Shown: piece by piece, positions 20,085-30,255 of the stretch
Numbering within the stretch: the first letter of the stretch is position 1
Layout of the letters: each line of letters starts with the position of its first letter
Source of the DNA: an uncultured Leptotrichia sp.
GTDB lineage: Bacteria; Fusobacteriota; Fusobacteriia; Fusobacteriales; Leptotrichiaceae
DNA length: 55,639 nucleotides
Reading direction: 5' to 3'
Assembly (NCBI GenBank): GCA_963548925.1
Contig: CAUUWI010000001.1
Location: forward strand, 1 to 55,639
Made by a program: the position numbers and the translations under genes
Notes under the pieces: generated by a model
Told to the model about the DNA's origin: nothing
Seen by the model: the letters and a program-made list of their open reading frames with translations, nothing else
Databases searched by the model: none

Positions 20085-20684
20085 CTATAATAAATTCGTC
20101 CATTTATCAAAATTATATTCTTTTGTACAAATTGCATCAAATTCTATTTTTTCATCTTTTATATGTTTAGCATATAATTCTAACTTTTCAGGCTGTCCTT
20201 GTAATTCTGGTGATACTAAACATAACTTATACCCCATACTTTTTATTTTTCTATAAATTTCATTATCAATAGGTAATTTACTAAAACAGTCTACCCATAC
20301 CCAATCAACTTTTCCCTGCATCTTTTCTAATGTATCCAATCCTTCATATTCAGAATATCTTAGGGCAATATTTTTTTCTCCTCTGTCAGATAATAATTTT
20401 ATCATTGGAAAGGAAGAATCAAGAAAAAAATAATCTTTTATATTATATTTTTTTAGTAATTCTAAAATTTTCAATTCTATTCTTTCACTTTTTATATTTA
20501 ATATCATTGTTCCATGATTATATTGTTTTAGGTATTCTTCAAAATCTTCTCCTAAAATAAAAGGATCATGATTTATATAGATTTTCCCATCAACATTATC
20601 CCTTAAATCTATCTCAACACCATATTTTTTAGGTAATTTTTCCAATTCTTCTAATTTATTTATTCTATGTGCTATAAATTCCAC
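20085..20684 (-). CDS. GDPD/PI-PLC-like phosphodiesterase (TIM barrel)
   Basis: IAHR, GVEIDLR, HDP, LNIK and DAICT motifs. Confidence 0.7.
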   Translation of the reverse strand: MEFIAHRINKLEELEKLPKKYGVEIDLRDNVDGKIYINHDPFILGEDFEEYLKQYNHGTMILNIKSERIELKILELLKKYNIKDYFFLDSSFPMIKLLSDRGEKNIALRYSEYEGLDTLEKMQGKVDWVWVDCFSKLPIDNEIYRKIKSMGYKLCLVSPELQGQPEKLELYAKHIKDEKIEFDAICTKEYNFDKWTNLL

Positions 20685-21388
20685 TACTCTACACCTCTTT
20701 TTTTCAGTTCTAAACTAAATGCCATTGTTCTCTTTATAAATTTCCATTTAGAGGCTAAACCTGTATTCCAAGTAGACTGCCCATGTATTCTTTCAGGAAA
20801 TAAAACATCAAATCTTATAACTTTTAGTTTATTCTTTTTAGCCATATATAATGTATACAAATCAAGAGAAAAATCTTTTGGAGGATTTACCCAGCTAGAA
20901 AAAAACTCTTTTGAAAAAATATTTGGCTGTGCATTTATATCGTACAGAATTTTACCCATAAAAATTGTTTCAAATACAGACATTCCAAATGTAAAAAATT
21001 GATCAAAAAATGGTCTTCCTTTTCTATTTCCTTTGACATAAATATTTTTATTCCAATTTTCTTTTTCTAAAATTTCATAAGATTTTATCACATCTTTAGG
21101 ATCCGTCTGCATGTCTGCATGCGTCCATCCTACAAAATCTCCTTTTGCTTCTTTTAATCCCTGTAATATTCCATATCCATATCCTTGATTCACAGGTACT
21201 AAAACTGTTCTTGCAAATGAAAACTTCGGTAAAAGCTCCTCAAATATTTTTGCTGAATTATCTGTTGAACCATTATTTACAAGAATTACTTCTATTTCTT
21301 CATTTTTAATAACATTATTAAATTTTTCAAGAATTAGAGGTATATTTTTTTCTTCATTGTAACATGGAACTATTATTGAAAGTTTCAT
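20684..21388 (-). CDS. GT2 polyprenyl-phosphate glycosyltransferase
   Basis: IVPCYNEE, NNGSTD, NQGYG, HADMQTDP and ERIHGQS; lies next to a GtrA gene. Confidence 0.85.
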   Translation of the reverse strand: MKLSIIVPCYNEEKNIPLILEKFNNVIKNEEIEVILVNNGSTDNSAKIFEELLPKFSFARTVLVPVNQGYGYGILQGLKEAKGDFVGWTHADMQTDPKDVIKSYEILEKENWNKNIYVKGNRKGRPFFDQFFTFGMSVFETIFMGKILYDINAQPNIFSKEFFSSWVNPPKDFSLDLYTLYMAKKNKLKVIRFDVLFPERIHGQSTWNTGLASKWKFIKRTMAFSLELKKRGVE

Positions 21389-21406
21389 TCTATATTTCCT
21401 CCTTTT

Positions 21407-21790
21407 TTATCTGAAAATTAAAAACTTTTGTCCTAAAAAATTTAATATTGTACTAACTCCTGTTGCACATAAAAATGCAAACATTTCACTTCCAAATAAC
21501 AAAAGTGTATATTTATTTACTTGCGAATTAATAAAAGCTGTTACTATGTACAATACTGCATATTTTAAAATTTCCTTTATCTGGAACTTTGGACTTTTAA
21601 ATGTCCAGTATTTATTAATTATAAATCCTACTATTGAACCACAAATAAATGATAATGTTTTTGCTATCGTTCTTTCTATACCTAATATCATAAAAATTTT
21701 ATATGTTAAAAAATCTACAATAACAGCCGTTCCTCCGCCTACGAGAAATTTTAAAATTTCCTTCTTGTCAAATTTATTTAAATTTATCAT
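21407..21790 (-). CDS. GtrA family flippase
   Basis: 127 aa with four TM segments; KFLVGG, NKYWTF and NFLGQKFLIF. Confidence 0.88.
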   Translation of the reverse strand: MINLNKFDKKEILKFLVGGGTAVIVDFLTYKIFMILGIERTIAKTLSFICGSIVGFIINKYWTFKSPKFQIKEILKYAVLYIVTAFINSQVNKYTLLLFGSEMFAFLCATGVSTILNFLGQKFLIFR

Positions 21791-22461
21791 TTTTTCAATA
21801 TCTCCAATAATTCATTAAAATTTTGTATTGACTGACATTTATCATTGTCTGTTTTAGAATACCATAAAGATTTCATACCATATTCCATAGATCCTAATAC
21901 ATCTTTTTTTAAACTGTCTCCTACAAATAAAACCTCTTCAGGAGTTACATCTAATTTTTCTAATATTTTATTATATATTTTAAAATTCGGTTTTTCAACT
22001 CCCACTTCTTCACTTGTAACTATCGCATCAATATACTTATCTATACCTAGTTTTCTTATTTTCCTATGCTGTATATGAACTGTCAAATCAGTACACACAC
22101 CTATTTTTATCTTTTTTTGCTTACAAAATTCTAAAACTTCCAATACGTTAGCATTCAATTTCATATTTTTTAAAATATGCTGCCAATATATTTCATACAT
22201 TTCAAGAGCTATAGAAAAAGGATTTTCATTTAAATTTTCAAGAGTTTTCTGACAATACAAAAGTCTATTATGCGAAGAAGCTACATTACCTAATGTACTC
22301 TTTACATCTTTTTTTGCCTTATCAAACGCTTTATAAAATTGTTCTTTTGCTATTTTTAGATTTTGACAAGTGTATTCACATATTTTGTTTATCCCTTGTT
22401 CATTTAACTCATTGTAGCTATAAAGAGTATCATCTAAATCAAATATAACTGCCTTTATCAT
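21787..22461 (-). CDS. HAD family phosphatase
   Basis: FDLDDTL, EKP and VGDSLKKD. Confidence 0.88.
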   Translation of the reverse strand: MIKAVIFDLDDTLYSYNELNEQGINKICEYTCQNLKIAKEQFYKAFDKAKKDVKSTLGNVASSHNRLLYCQKTLENLNENPFSIALEMYEIYWQHILKNMKLNANVLEVLEFCKQKKIKIGVCTDLTVHIQHRKIRKLGIDKYIDAIVTSEEVGVEKPNFKIYNKILEKLDVTPEEVLFVGDSLKKDVLGSMEYGMKSLWYSKTDNDKCQSIQNFNELLEILKK

Positions 22462-24530
22462 TAATTAATCCCTTCCTCTCTCATTTTATAGCTTATTGAA
22501 ATCAATATTATCATTTCGATTATTCCATTAAGATTATTTATATAACTTAAATCTTTGTTTAAAATCTCATCTAAATTTGGGATTATTCTTTCAGCAATGT
22601 TGCTAAAATTAATTATTTTATTATTTAAATCTTTACTACTGAAAACAACAACTTGTTTTGTTAAATCGTCTTTATAGTCATGATTAACAGCTATATTCAG
22701 TTGTCTAAGTTCAAAAATAAAGTTATCTAGGTTTATATCTGCATTTAATGTGATTTCTAAATCTAATTTAACACTATGATTTTCAACGGTATAATCTGTT
22801 AATGTTCTATCAAAATATTTTATTAATATATCTGCATATTTTTTTTGAGGATAAATATATTTTATTGCATCAGGCATTCTTTGCTCAATAGACTCCAAAA
22901 CCTTTTCCTTACTGTATCCTCTATGATAAGTGTCTCTTTGGATTTTCCAATATCTTCTTAATTTTTCATCAACATCCATATATATTTTTAAATCAAGATT
23001 TTTTCGCATTTTAGGAAGGTATAAAGCATGAAGCCCACATAATACAATATAAGGTTTGGACTTTACTTTAGAACCTTCAGTAAATTTTCCTGTATCATGA
23101 TCATATTCTACTCTAAATACATTTTGGCTTCTTCTTAAATTATTTAAATCTTCAGCTTGTTTATGAATATAGTTGGCTTTTGGATTTAATGCTGTTATCT
23201 GTTTCCACATTTCATTTCCTCTTTCCCATTTATGATCTCCATCACCTTCAAGAAAAAGAATATTTCTTTCTCCAAATATATTTTTTATCATTTCAATTAA
23301 TGTACTTTTACCTGCTCCGCTATCTCCTGATATACCAATAGAAAAAGATTTATTTTTTCTTTTATAGAATAAACTTTCTGCAATTCCCAATCGATACATC
23401 ATATAGCTTGTATACGTTAATACTGCTGTAAGCATTGTAAAAACTATATTTATAAACATAAAATTAGATATTTTTAAAAAACTTAGATTATAATTCATAA
23501 AATATAGATCAGTATATGTTGTCTTATGAGCAAATATAAAATATATTCCATATAATATGTTCAGAAATAGGTAAATATAAATATTTACATATTTATCCAT
23601 ACTGACATTTACAAAAAATATTGTAATAAAAGGTACAATCCAGACATACCATCCTGGCATAGGAAGAACCAATATTAAAAATATGGAAAATAATACTCCG
23701 CAGAAACTGTATAATAAATTTTTATTTATCTTTTTTAAGCTGAAAGCTTTTAAATAAATACACATAATTGCTAATATAGATAAATATATTCTATTATTTT
23801 GATATTGTAAAAATATACTGGTTACACCTTTTTGTTCTTTATTCATTATAACCATTTTCATAAAATTTTTCTCTGCATCGAAAAATGGTAAAATTATTAA
23901 TATTGTTAATAAAAAAGACATACCTATAGATTTTGTCGCCTCAACAAAGCCATCTTTTTTGTATATATACAGATATAGCAATGGAATAATTGCCAATATA
24001 TGAAGTTTTGAAGACAGTGCTAAAGCCAACATTATAGAAAAAATTGTATTATTTCGTTTATTTATTAAAAAATATAGAGAACCTAATAAAAATATCGTTG
24101 GAATTATATCCAGCTGACCATGCATATATGTAGCATAGAATATAATCGGGGAAGCAAAATATAACACTCCTATATATTTTTTTCTATTTGGAAACATTTT
24201 CACAAAAAAATACAACCCTAATAAATCAAATATAAGACTAGGAATTTTAAATAAAATATTTTTTATGAGAATATTTTTTACTCCTATTGACATAGTTCCT
24301 CCTACCAGCTCTATTAAAAACATGGTTGGAGGATAAGGAAACAAATTAACTTCATTTTTAAAAATAGAATAAGGATTTTCAAATTCTCCTTTTCTAATTT
24401 CATTAATGAAACCGTATATAAATTTCATAAATAAATTATTTTGATAATCTGATGAAAAAAATCCCATTGCTATTATTTTTAAAATTAATACCACAATAAT
24501 AAATATCTCAAATTTTTTAATCTTTTTCAC
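22461..24530 (-). CDS. GT-C-like multipass membrane protein fused to a phosphoribulokinase-like kinase
   Basis: N-terminal ~385 aa is multi-TM with FPYPP and HGQLD; C-terminal part has P-loop GDSGAGKST, TALNPKAN, YDHDTG, GLH, WKIQRD and YIYPQKKYAD; GTG start. Confidence 0.8.
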   Translation of the reverse strand: MKKIKKFEIFIIVVLILKIIAMGFFSSDYQNNLFMKFIYGFINEIRKGEFENPYSIFKNEVNLFPYPPTMFLIELVGGTMSIGVKNILIKNILFKIPSLIFDLLGLYFFVKMFPNRKKYIGVLYFASPIIFYATYMHGQLDIIPTIFLLGSLYFLINKRNNTIFSIMLALALSSKLHILAIIPLLYLYIYKKDGFVEATKSIGMSFLLTILIILPFFDAEKNFMKMVIMNKEQKGVTSIFLQYQNNRIYLSILAIMCIYLKAFSLKKINKNLLYSFCGVLFSIFLILVLPMPGWYVWIVPFITIFFVNVSMDKYVNIYIYLFLNILYGIYFIFAHKTTYTDLYFMNYNLSFLKISNFMFINIVFTMLTAVLTYTSYMMYRLGIAESLFYKRKNKSFSIGISGDSGAGKSTLIEMIKNIFGERNILFLEGDGDHKWERGNEMWKQITALNPKANYIHKQAEDLNNLRRSQNVFRVEYDHDTGKFTEGSKVKSKPYIVLCGLHALYLPKMRKNLDLKIYMDVDEKLRRYWKIQRDTYHRGYSKEKVLESIEQRMPDAIKYIYPQKKYADILIKYFDRTLTDYTVENHSVKLDLEITLNADINLDNFIFELRQLNIAVNHDYKDDLTKQVVVFSSKDLNNKIINFSNIAERIIPNLDEILNKDLSYINNLNGIIEMIILISISYKMREEGIN

Positions 24531-24544
24531 AATTATCTCCTTAT

Positions 24545-25588
24545 TTAAAGATTTTTTCTATATTTTTCAGAATCCCAATTTAAAAGAAAATTTTGTTCTT
24601 CTTCAGTTAAAAAATCCATTTCATCATTTTTATTTAATTCAAGTACCTGTAAATTAAAACTCAATACACTTTCAATCTCTTTGGCTTTTTTTATATTTGG
24701 TGCAATTATGTAAAATTCATTTTCAAAAAATATCACATTAAAACTACCATATTCTAAAACATGTCTTTTAGTAACTTTCAACATATCATCATTTTTATTT
24801 AATACTAATATTTTTTTGTTACAATAAATTAAACTGTCAGGTGAAAAACAATAATTTACTTTATCTATGTTATTATTCTTTATAAAGTTTTTAATTCTAT
24901 TATTTTCACATAAATATACAATATTATTTTCTATAAAATTTTCTAATTTTTTGTATAAATATGTGGAATTTCTGTATGCCTGCATATTAATCTTTAGTCT
25001 ATCTTCTAGTATCTTTAAAACATTTTCATGTAATTCAATAACCTCATCAACCTTTTTACCACTAACTATTAACCCATGGTTTTTCAAAAAAACTATATTT
25101 GCTTTTTGAGGATTATCTAATTTTGAAAATTTATCAAAAAATTCTTTAGCTAAAGAAATTCCAGGTGTTTGATAGTCTATTATCAAACTATCAGGAAACA
25201 TAGATTTTAACTCCTTCATTCCATTTGCTCTCGAAGTAAATATATTAATTAATACCGGATGAGTATGTAAAGTATATTTCTCTGTTATTGCATGTAAAAA
25301 AGTTTCAATTGAGGCTCTTTTCCCTTCAATTAGAGTACCTTCTAACAATTTCTTTTCATCACTGCGTTTTATTTCAAAATGACTTTCAAAGTAATCTACA
25401 ATTTTTTTATAATTTACTTTAGAGTAACCTACATTTTCTTCCATTTCGGAAAGCTGATATCCAGAAGATTTTATAAACATTGTTTCATCATCAATTTTTA
25501 CAGATGTATTTCCTCCACCTGCTTGTATAATATCTTCTCGCATTCCTGCATATTTGGACAGTTTTATTAAAACATTAATCTCTTTCAT
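24545..25588 (-). CDS. class II aldolase/epimerase (RhaD/FucA/AraD fold)
   Basis: GGGNTSVK, RASIETFLHA, HTHP and LKNHGL metal-binding motifs. Confidence 0.85.
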   Translation of the reverse strand: MKEINVLIKLSKYAGMREDIIQAGGGNTSVKIDDETMFIKSSGYQLSEMEENVGYSKVNYKKIVDYFESHFEIKRSDEKKLLEGTLIEGKRASIETFLHAITEKYTLHTHPVLINIFTSRANGMKELKSMFPDSLIIDYQTPGISLAKEFFDKFSKLDNPQKANIVFLKNHGLIVSGKKVDEVIELHENVLKILEDRLKINMQAYRNSTYLYKKLENFIENNIVYLCENNRIKNFIKNNNIDKVNYCFSPDSLIYCNKKILVLNKNDDMLKVTKRHVLEYGSFNVIFFENEFYIIAPNIKKAKEIESVLSFNLQVLELNKNDEMDFLTEEEQNFLLNWDSEKYRKNL

Positions 25589-25652
25589 TTAAAATTCCTT
25601 TCATTTAATTAAAAGCAAATTTTTTTCCTTATGAATGAACAAAAAAATTTAC

Positions 25653-25668
25653 TATTATACAGTCTATG
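25653..25668 (-). repeat. short copy of the IS30-end-like motif
   Basis: TATTATACAGTCTATG; 15 of 16 positions match 30225-30240. Confidence 0.45.
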
Positions 25669-25682
25669 TAAAAAATACTTTA

Positions 25683-27983
25683 TTATTCTTTTATTCCTAA
25701 ATAAACTCCTGTTTTTACATATGCTTCTTTATTATCTATTGTAAAAAATCTAATTTTTCTAATTTCTTCATTTTTATTATTTTTAAAACCTATAAATTGA
25801 TGATCTTTATTATTTAATTGTTGTATTTCTAATACTGGTTCTTCCTTTTCATTATAACCAACTATTTTTAATTTTTGTCTATTGAAAGCTCTAATTCTAT
25901 CAGCATATAGATACTTTACATTACAGTTTTTTTCAAGATTAATTTCATGAATTAACGGTGTATCCAAATTTGTTATTCTCACTATAAAAAAACGGTTGAT
26001 GTTAACAAAATTTTCATCTAATTTTTGCAATTTGTTATCATAAAAATATAAATTTAAATTACCACTTATCATAAAAATATCATCACCAACTGGTATTAAA
26101 GTATCAGTATTTAAGAAAAATTTATAATATTTCCCCCAGTCAGTCATAACTTCTGCACTTTTTATTGAAAAATTTTCACTAGTCTCACCAATCTCATTAT
26201 TATCAAAAACAGAAAAACGTATTATAAAAATGAATAACATTATAACATAAAATATATTTTTTATAAAAAGCCAACCACTAAAAGATATTCCTTTCTTTTT
26301 TAGTTTACTTGCTAAAATAGCCATTACATTATTCAAAAATATTACAATTAATATAATAAGTAAAATGATTATAAACATTGAATGTCTTCTTATAACCATA
26401 TTATCAGCTTTATGTAACCAATCAAAATTAGAATTTGAAGACATATCAATTTTATAAAACCATGTATTTAGTAATATCACTTCAGAAATTATAAAAATCA
26501 GTGCTATTGAAATAATACTGTTTTTATTTTTAAATTTAATACTCTTATATAAGAAAAAGCATATTAATGTACTCCAAATTAGGAAAAAAATAATATTTAA
26601 ACTGATAATATTAGAACTTGTAATTTCTGGATAAAATAAAAAAGTAATATATTTTGTAGATTGGTAAAATATTATTTTCAAAAGTTGCCAAATACTTGTG
26701 TTAAGTGCGAAACCTCCATTATTAGATACTATTTTTATATATAATAATTCTAAAAAACTAGACAAAACTACAGTAAATATAAAAATCTTTTCTCTTTTCT
26801 TTATTTTTTTATAAAATATTGTTAAAATTAAAATCCCTATTGGAATCAAAGTAACATAATAAGCTTTTGAAATACAAATAAAAAATGTAAAAAGTAAAAA
26901 AACTAAGTATTTTCTTTTAGAAAGATTTTCAAAATTCAACAACGAGATTAAAACTATTCCTCCAATTCCATAATAAGCAAAATTAAAAAAATAATGGCCT
27001 TCAATACTTGAGGTAAAAGTTACACCACCACCTAATATTACAGCTATACATAATCTAAAAAGTATATTTCCATATTTTTTATAATCTTTCAACACAAAAA
27101 TAGAACCCATTAAAGTAATTATATAAATTCCAATATTTTGCATTAAGTATATAGACAATTTTAAATTAAAACCAAATATTTTTACTATAAATAAAGTAAT
27201 TATTCTTTGAAAAAAAGGCCAATAACCTACATCTGAAATAAAAAGATTATCCAATACATTTTTGTGTACTGCACTTATCATAAAATTATTTAATGTTTCA
27301 TAATAAGGCTGTGCATTAAATGTTAATATCGGAATCTTAACATTTATTAAAAAGAAAATCATAAAACTTGTAAATATATATATTTTATTACTATTTTTAT
27401 TTTCCTCTTTTGATAATTTAAAAATTTTTAAAAAGCAAAGTACTGTAAGACCTAAAAATAATATTTGAAATATAACAATTCTATCAAATTTATAATATTG
27501 CATTTCTAATACAAGACCTTTATTTATAGCTACATTATTTTCAATCACATTTCCAAGTGAAGTATCATTTGAATAATATAATGATACTATATTTCCTTTT
27601 TCTCCATCAATTCCTTCTACTTTTAGTGTAGCTTCTCCTTCTTTTAATCCATGAAAATTAAAATCTATATTATTGATTTCACGATTTTTTAATGTGTAAG
27701 CATATATTATTTTCTCATCTTTATATTTTCCTTGTTCTAAAACAACTTTTATACGTCCCTGATTTATTCTTGAATAGGTTTCTATTCTTAAGCCTAACCG
27801 ATATATTTTTCCTGGAATATATATTTTCTGAGCTATTTTTGAATTTTTATCAATTTCTTGCGTAATTTCTGAGTTATAATAATTAGTTGCTACTTTTTTA
27901 TCTAAATTACCAATTATATAAGAAATCCCAGGAATCACAATTCCCATAATAAGGAAAAAAATCCATATAAATGTTTTTTTCAT
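25683..27983 (-). CDS. multipass membrane protein, probable GT-C glycosyltransferase with soluble N- and C-terminal domains
   Basis: 766 aa with many TM segments; loop QPYYET...GYWPFFQR resembles Gtr-type transferases; cassette context. Confidence 0.6.
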   Translation of the reverse strand: MKKTFIWIFFLIMGIVIPGISYIIGNLDKKVATNYYNSEITQEIDKNSKIAQKIYIPGKIYRLGLRIETYSRINQGRIKVVLEQGKYKDEKIIYAYTLKNREINNIDFNFHGLKEGEATLKVEGIDGEKGNIVSLYYSNDTSLGNVIENNVAINKGLVLEMQYYKFDRIVIFQILFLGLTVLCFLKIFKLSKEENKNSNKIYIFTSFMIFFLINVKIPILTFNAQPYYETLNNFMISAVHKNVLDNLFISDVGYWPFFQRIITLFIVKIFGFNLKLSIYLMQNIGIYIITLMGSIFVLKDYKKYGNILFRLCIAVILGGGVTFTSSIEGHYFFNFAYYGIGGIVLISLLNFENLSKRKYLVFLLFTFFICISKAYYVTLIPIGILILTIFYKKIKKREKIFIFTVVLSSFLELLYIKIVSNNGGFALNTSIWQLLKIIFYQSTKYITFLFYPEITSSNIISLNIIFFLIWSTLICFFLYKSIKFKNKNSIISIALIFIISEVILLNTWFYKIDMSSNSNFDWLHKADNMVIRRHSMFIIILLIILIVIFLNNVMAILASKLKKKGISFSGWLFIKNIFYVIMLFIFIIRFSVFDNNEIGETSENFSIKSAEVMTDWGKYYKFFLNTDTLIPVGDDIFMISGNLNLYFYDNKLQKLDENFVNINRFFIVRITNLDTPLIHEINLEKNCNVKYLYADRIRAFNRQKLKIVGYNEKEEPVLEIQQLNNKDHQFIGFKNNKNEEIRKIRFFTIDNKEAYVKTGVYLGIKE

Positions 27984-27986
27984 TTT

Positions 27987-28796
27987 TTATCCTCCCAAAT
28001 AATTTTTATCTTCTTTTACAAACTCTTTCCAGTACTTTATTGTATCCTGATATTCTTCATAATCTTTTGGAGTTCCCCAGCCAATATATCTGTTTATTTC
28101 AAAAACTTTTGCACTATATCCTAAATCTAATAAGTGTGAAATTACACTGTCAACATAAAATTCATTGTTTATTCTGTCATTTTCTTGTATCATTTTTTCT
28201 GCACTTTTCACAAATACACTTCCTTCTTTAAACCAGAAAGTTGCCACTATTGCATGATCATTCATTGGAGTATCTGATATAGCTTTTTTTATTGACAATC
28301 CTGTTATTTCATCTTTATCATTTACTTTAACCCATCCGTAAGCATTTGGATTTTTCAAAACTGCTTCATTATTTCTATATGTAAAAACCAATGCATCACA
28401 TTCTTTTTTCATTTTTTCAAATTTATTCTGATCAATAATCATTCCATTGTCACAGCCAGCAATTAGCAGCTCTTCATTATTATTTATTTTTTCTTTTGCC
28501 AATAAGCAGGTACATGCCTGTCCTTCTGTTAATTTATCTACTGTTATGAAATTCGCTTTAGGGAAAAATTCTTTTATTTTTTCTTCAATACCATCTTTTT
28601 TATGAAAATCCCTATCTACGTATATAAGATTATTTCCATCAGTTTCTAATCCAGGCAAATCCAATGTAGCACAAACAACCATAGGATATTCTTTCCCAGT
28701 TCTTCTGTCTATTGTGGGGATAACAGGTTTACTTAATTTATATCCTGCATCTGAAAATCTTTTTCCTTCTCCTGCCATTGGGATTAATATTTTCAT
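27987..28796 (-). CDS. sugar-phosphate nucleotidyltransferase-like protein
   Basis: IPMAGEGKRF..AGY..SKP, TEGQACT, NNEFY and WGTPKD. Confidence 0.8.
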   Translation of the reverse strand: MKILIPMAGEGKRFSDAGYKLSKPVIPTIDRRTGKEYPMVVCATLDLPGLETDGNNLIYVDRDFHKKDGIEEKIKEFFPKANFITVDKLTEGQACTCLLAKEKINNNEELLIAGCDNGMIIDQNKFEKMKKECDALVFTYRNNEAVLKNPNAYGWVKVNDKDEITGLSIKKAISDTPMNDHAIVATFWFKEGSVFVKSAEKMIQENDRINNEFYVDSVISHLLDLGYSAKVFEINRYIGWGTPKDYEEYQDTIKYWKEFVKEDKNYLGG

Positions 28797-29579
28797 TTAC
28801 TTCACCATTCCTTTCACAGTTTCAATCCAAAAAAGATATTCTTTTAAGTCTTCAGGAGTTCCCCATTGACAAAATTTTTTTACATTTGTAGGAACCCAAA
28901 CTTTTAAACCATCTTTCACTATAAAGTTATACGGAAGACTTGCATAAAATTCTCCATTTATAGCCTGATTCTCATTTTCAATCAGTTTTCGACAATATTT
29001 TTTCAATATTTCTCCTGTTTTAAAATAATAAACCCCGGGAGAGTGTTTAGCTTTCAGCTTATCCTCTTCAAAAGAATATTTTTCTCTGATTTCTATCAAA
29101 TCATTATTTTCATCTGTCAAGCATGATGCATAATAATTCTTTTCAGGCAATAAATTAGGATGAAATCCCGTATAGCAAGGAACTGCACCTTCACTTCCTC
29201 TACTTGTTACTTCCTGCTTAAATTTTTCAAAATCCCAAGACATATAAAAATCACAATAATTTATTATACATTGTTCGTTATCGTCTATTTTCTCTGATGC
29301 TCGTAATACATCATATACAGGGCCTTTTTTTACCCAGCTATCTATTTCAAAAATTTTCCCATCAGGTGCTAATTCTAAAAGTCTTTTTCTCATTTCTGGA
29401 TCGTTATCTAGATGTTCTTTTCGACAAATAAATAAAAAATCTTTTTCATTTGGATACATTCCTTTTACAATCCATTCTATCATTGACTTTCCTTGAACTT
29501 TTATAAATGGTTTTAAATCTTTATATCCAGCTGCTACAAATCTTGAACCGTAGCCTGTCATTGGTATTATTATTTTCAT
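28797..29579 (-). CDS. sugar-phosphate nucleotidyltransferase-like protein, paralog of the previous gene
   Basis: IPMTGYGSRF..AGY..LKP, NYCD, NGEFY and WGTPED. Confidence 0.8.
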   Translation of the reverse strand: MKIIIPMTGYGSRFVAAGYKDLKPFIKVQGKSMIEWIVKGMYPNEKDFLFICRKEHLDNDPEMRKRLLELAPDGKIFEIDSWVKKGPVYDVLRASEKIDDNEQCIINYCDFYMSWDFEKFKQEVTSRGSEGAVPCYTGFHPNLLPEKNYYASCLTDENNDLIEIREKYSFEEDKLKAKHSPGVYYFKTGEILKKYCRKLIENENQAINGEFYASLPYNFIVKDGLKVWVPTNVKKFCQWGTPEDLKEYLFWIETVKGMVK

Positions 29580-29799
29580 TTAATATCTCCTATCCTTCTA
29601 TTTGTCATATTTATTTCTTAAATATGCTAAATCAAAATTATTTTCTATCTATTGACCTATAAATATAATCTTTTGAATTTAGTAAATTTTGTAATATATG
29701 ATGTAAATATCTTACAATTATGCTCAATATTGAAAATACTCAAAAAAACTAAGCTTAAAATAACAAACAAGGAAACCATCCTTCAATTGTATTGAAAAA

Positions 29800-30239
29800 T
29801 ATTCTCGAAATAAAATTGTATGTACAGAATCTATCTCCCAATGTCCAAAAACTTCCTTTGTGATTACTCAGATGCTTTCTCCTAAATTGATTTTCGCTTT
29901 TCTTCTCTTTCATTCTTAAGACATTCATGAAACATCTAGAAAATTGCTATATAGCTAGTTATAGACAGAAGATAGTCTGCCTTTCAATCCCATGCCTATA
30001 ATTTGTTCAGATGACTGGGTTCTGAAGATACTATGTTCCATCAGATTTTTTAATTCAGGAGTCAGTTTTGAACATTTTTCTTTATTAGCGTCTTAGTATT
30101 AGTATCCAGCTGAATATTTTCAAAGGATTATTTGCCATTAATTCTTTTTATGTTACGATAAATGATGACCTTGTATCTATCAAAGTTTTTGACAATTTTA
30201 GAAATTTTTTATATTTGTCGCAATTATTATACAATCTAT
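29800..30239 (-). mobile_element. degenerate IS30-family element (left end plus transposase remnant)
   Basis: Minus-strand fragments IYRNIKR, KLTPELKNL..QSSEQI (canonical WSPEQI), SVYN*LY and EVFGHWEIDSV; end sequence ATAGATTGTATAATAATTGCGACA at 30239-30216. Confidence 0.8.
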
Positions 30240-30255
30240 GAATTAAAATTATTTT

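Noticed and set aside
22461..24530. PRK-like domain as a sign of carbon fixation
   Set aside because: No RuBisCO or cbb genes are present; the domain is fused to a membrane protein inside a glycan locus
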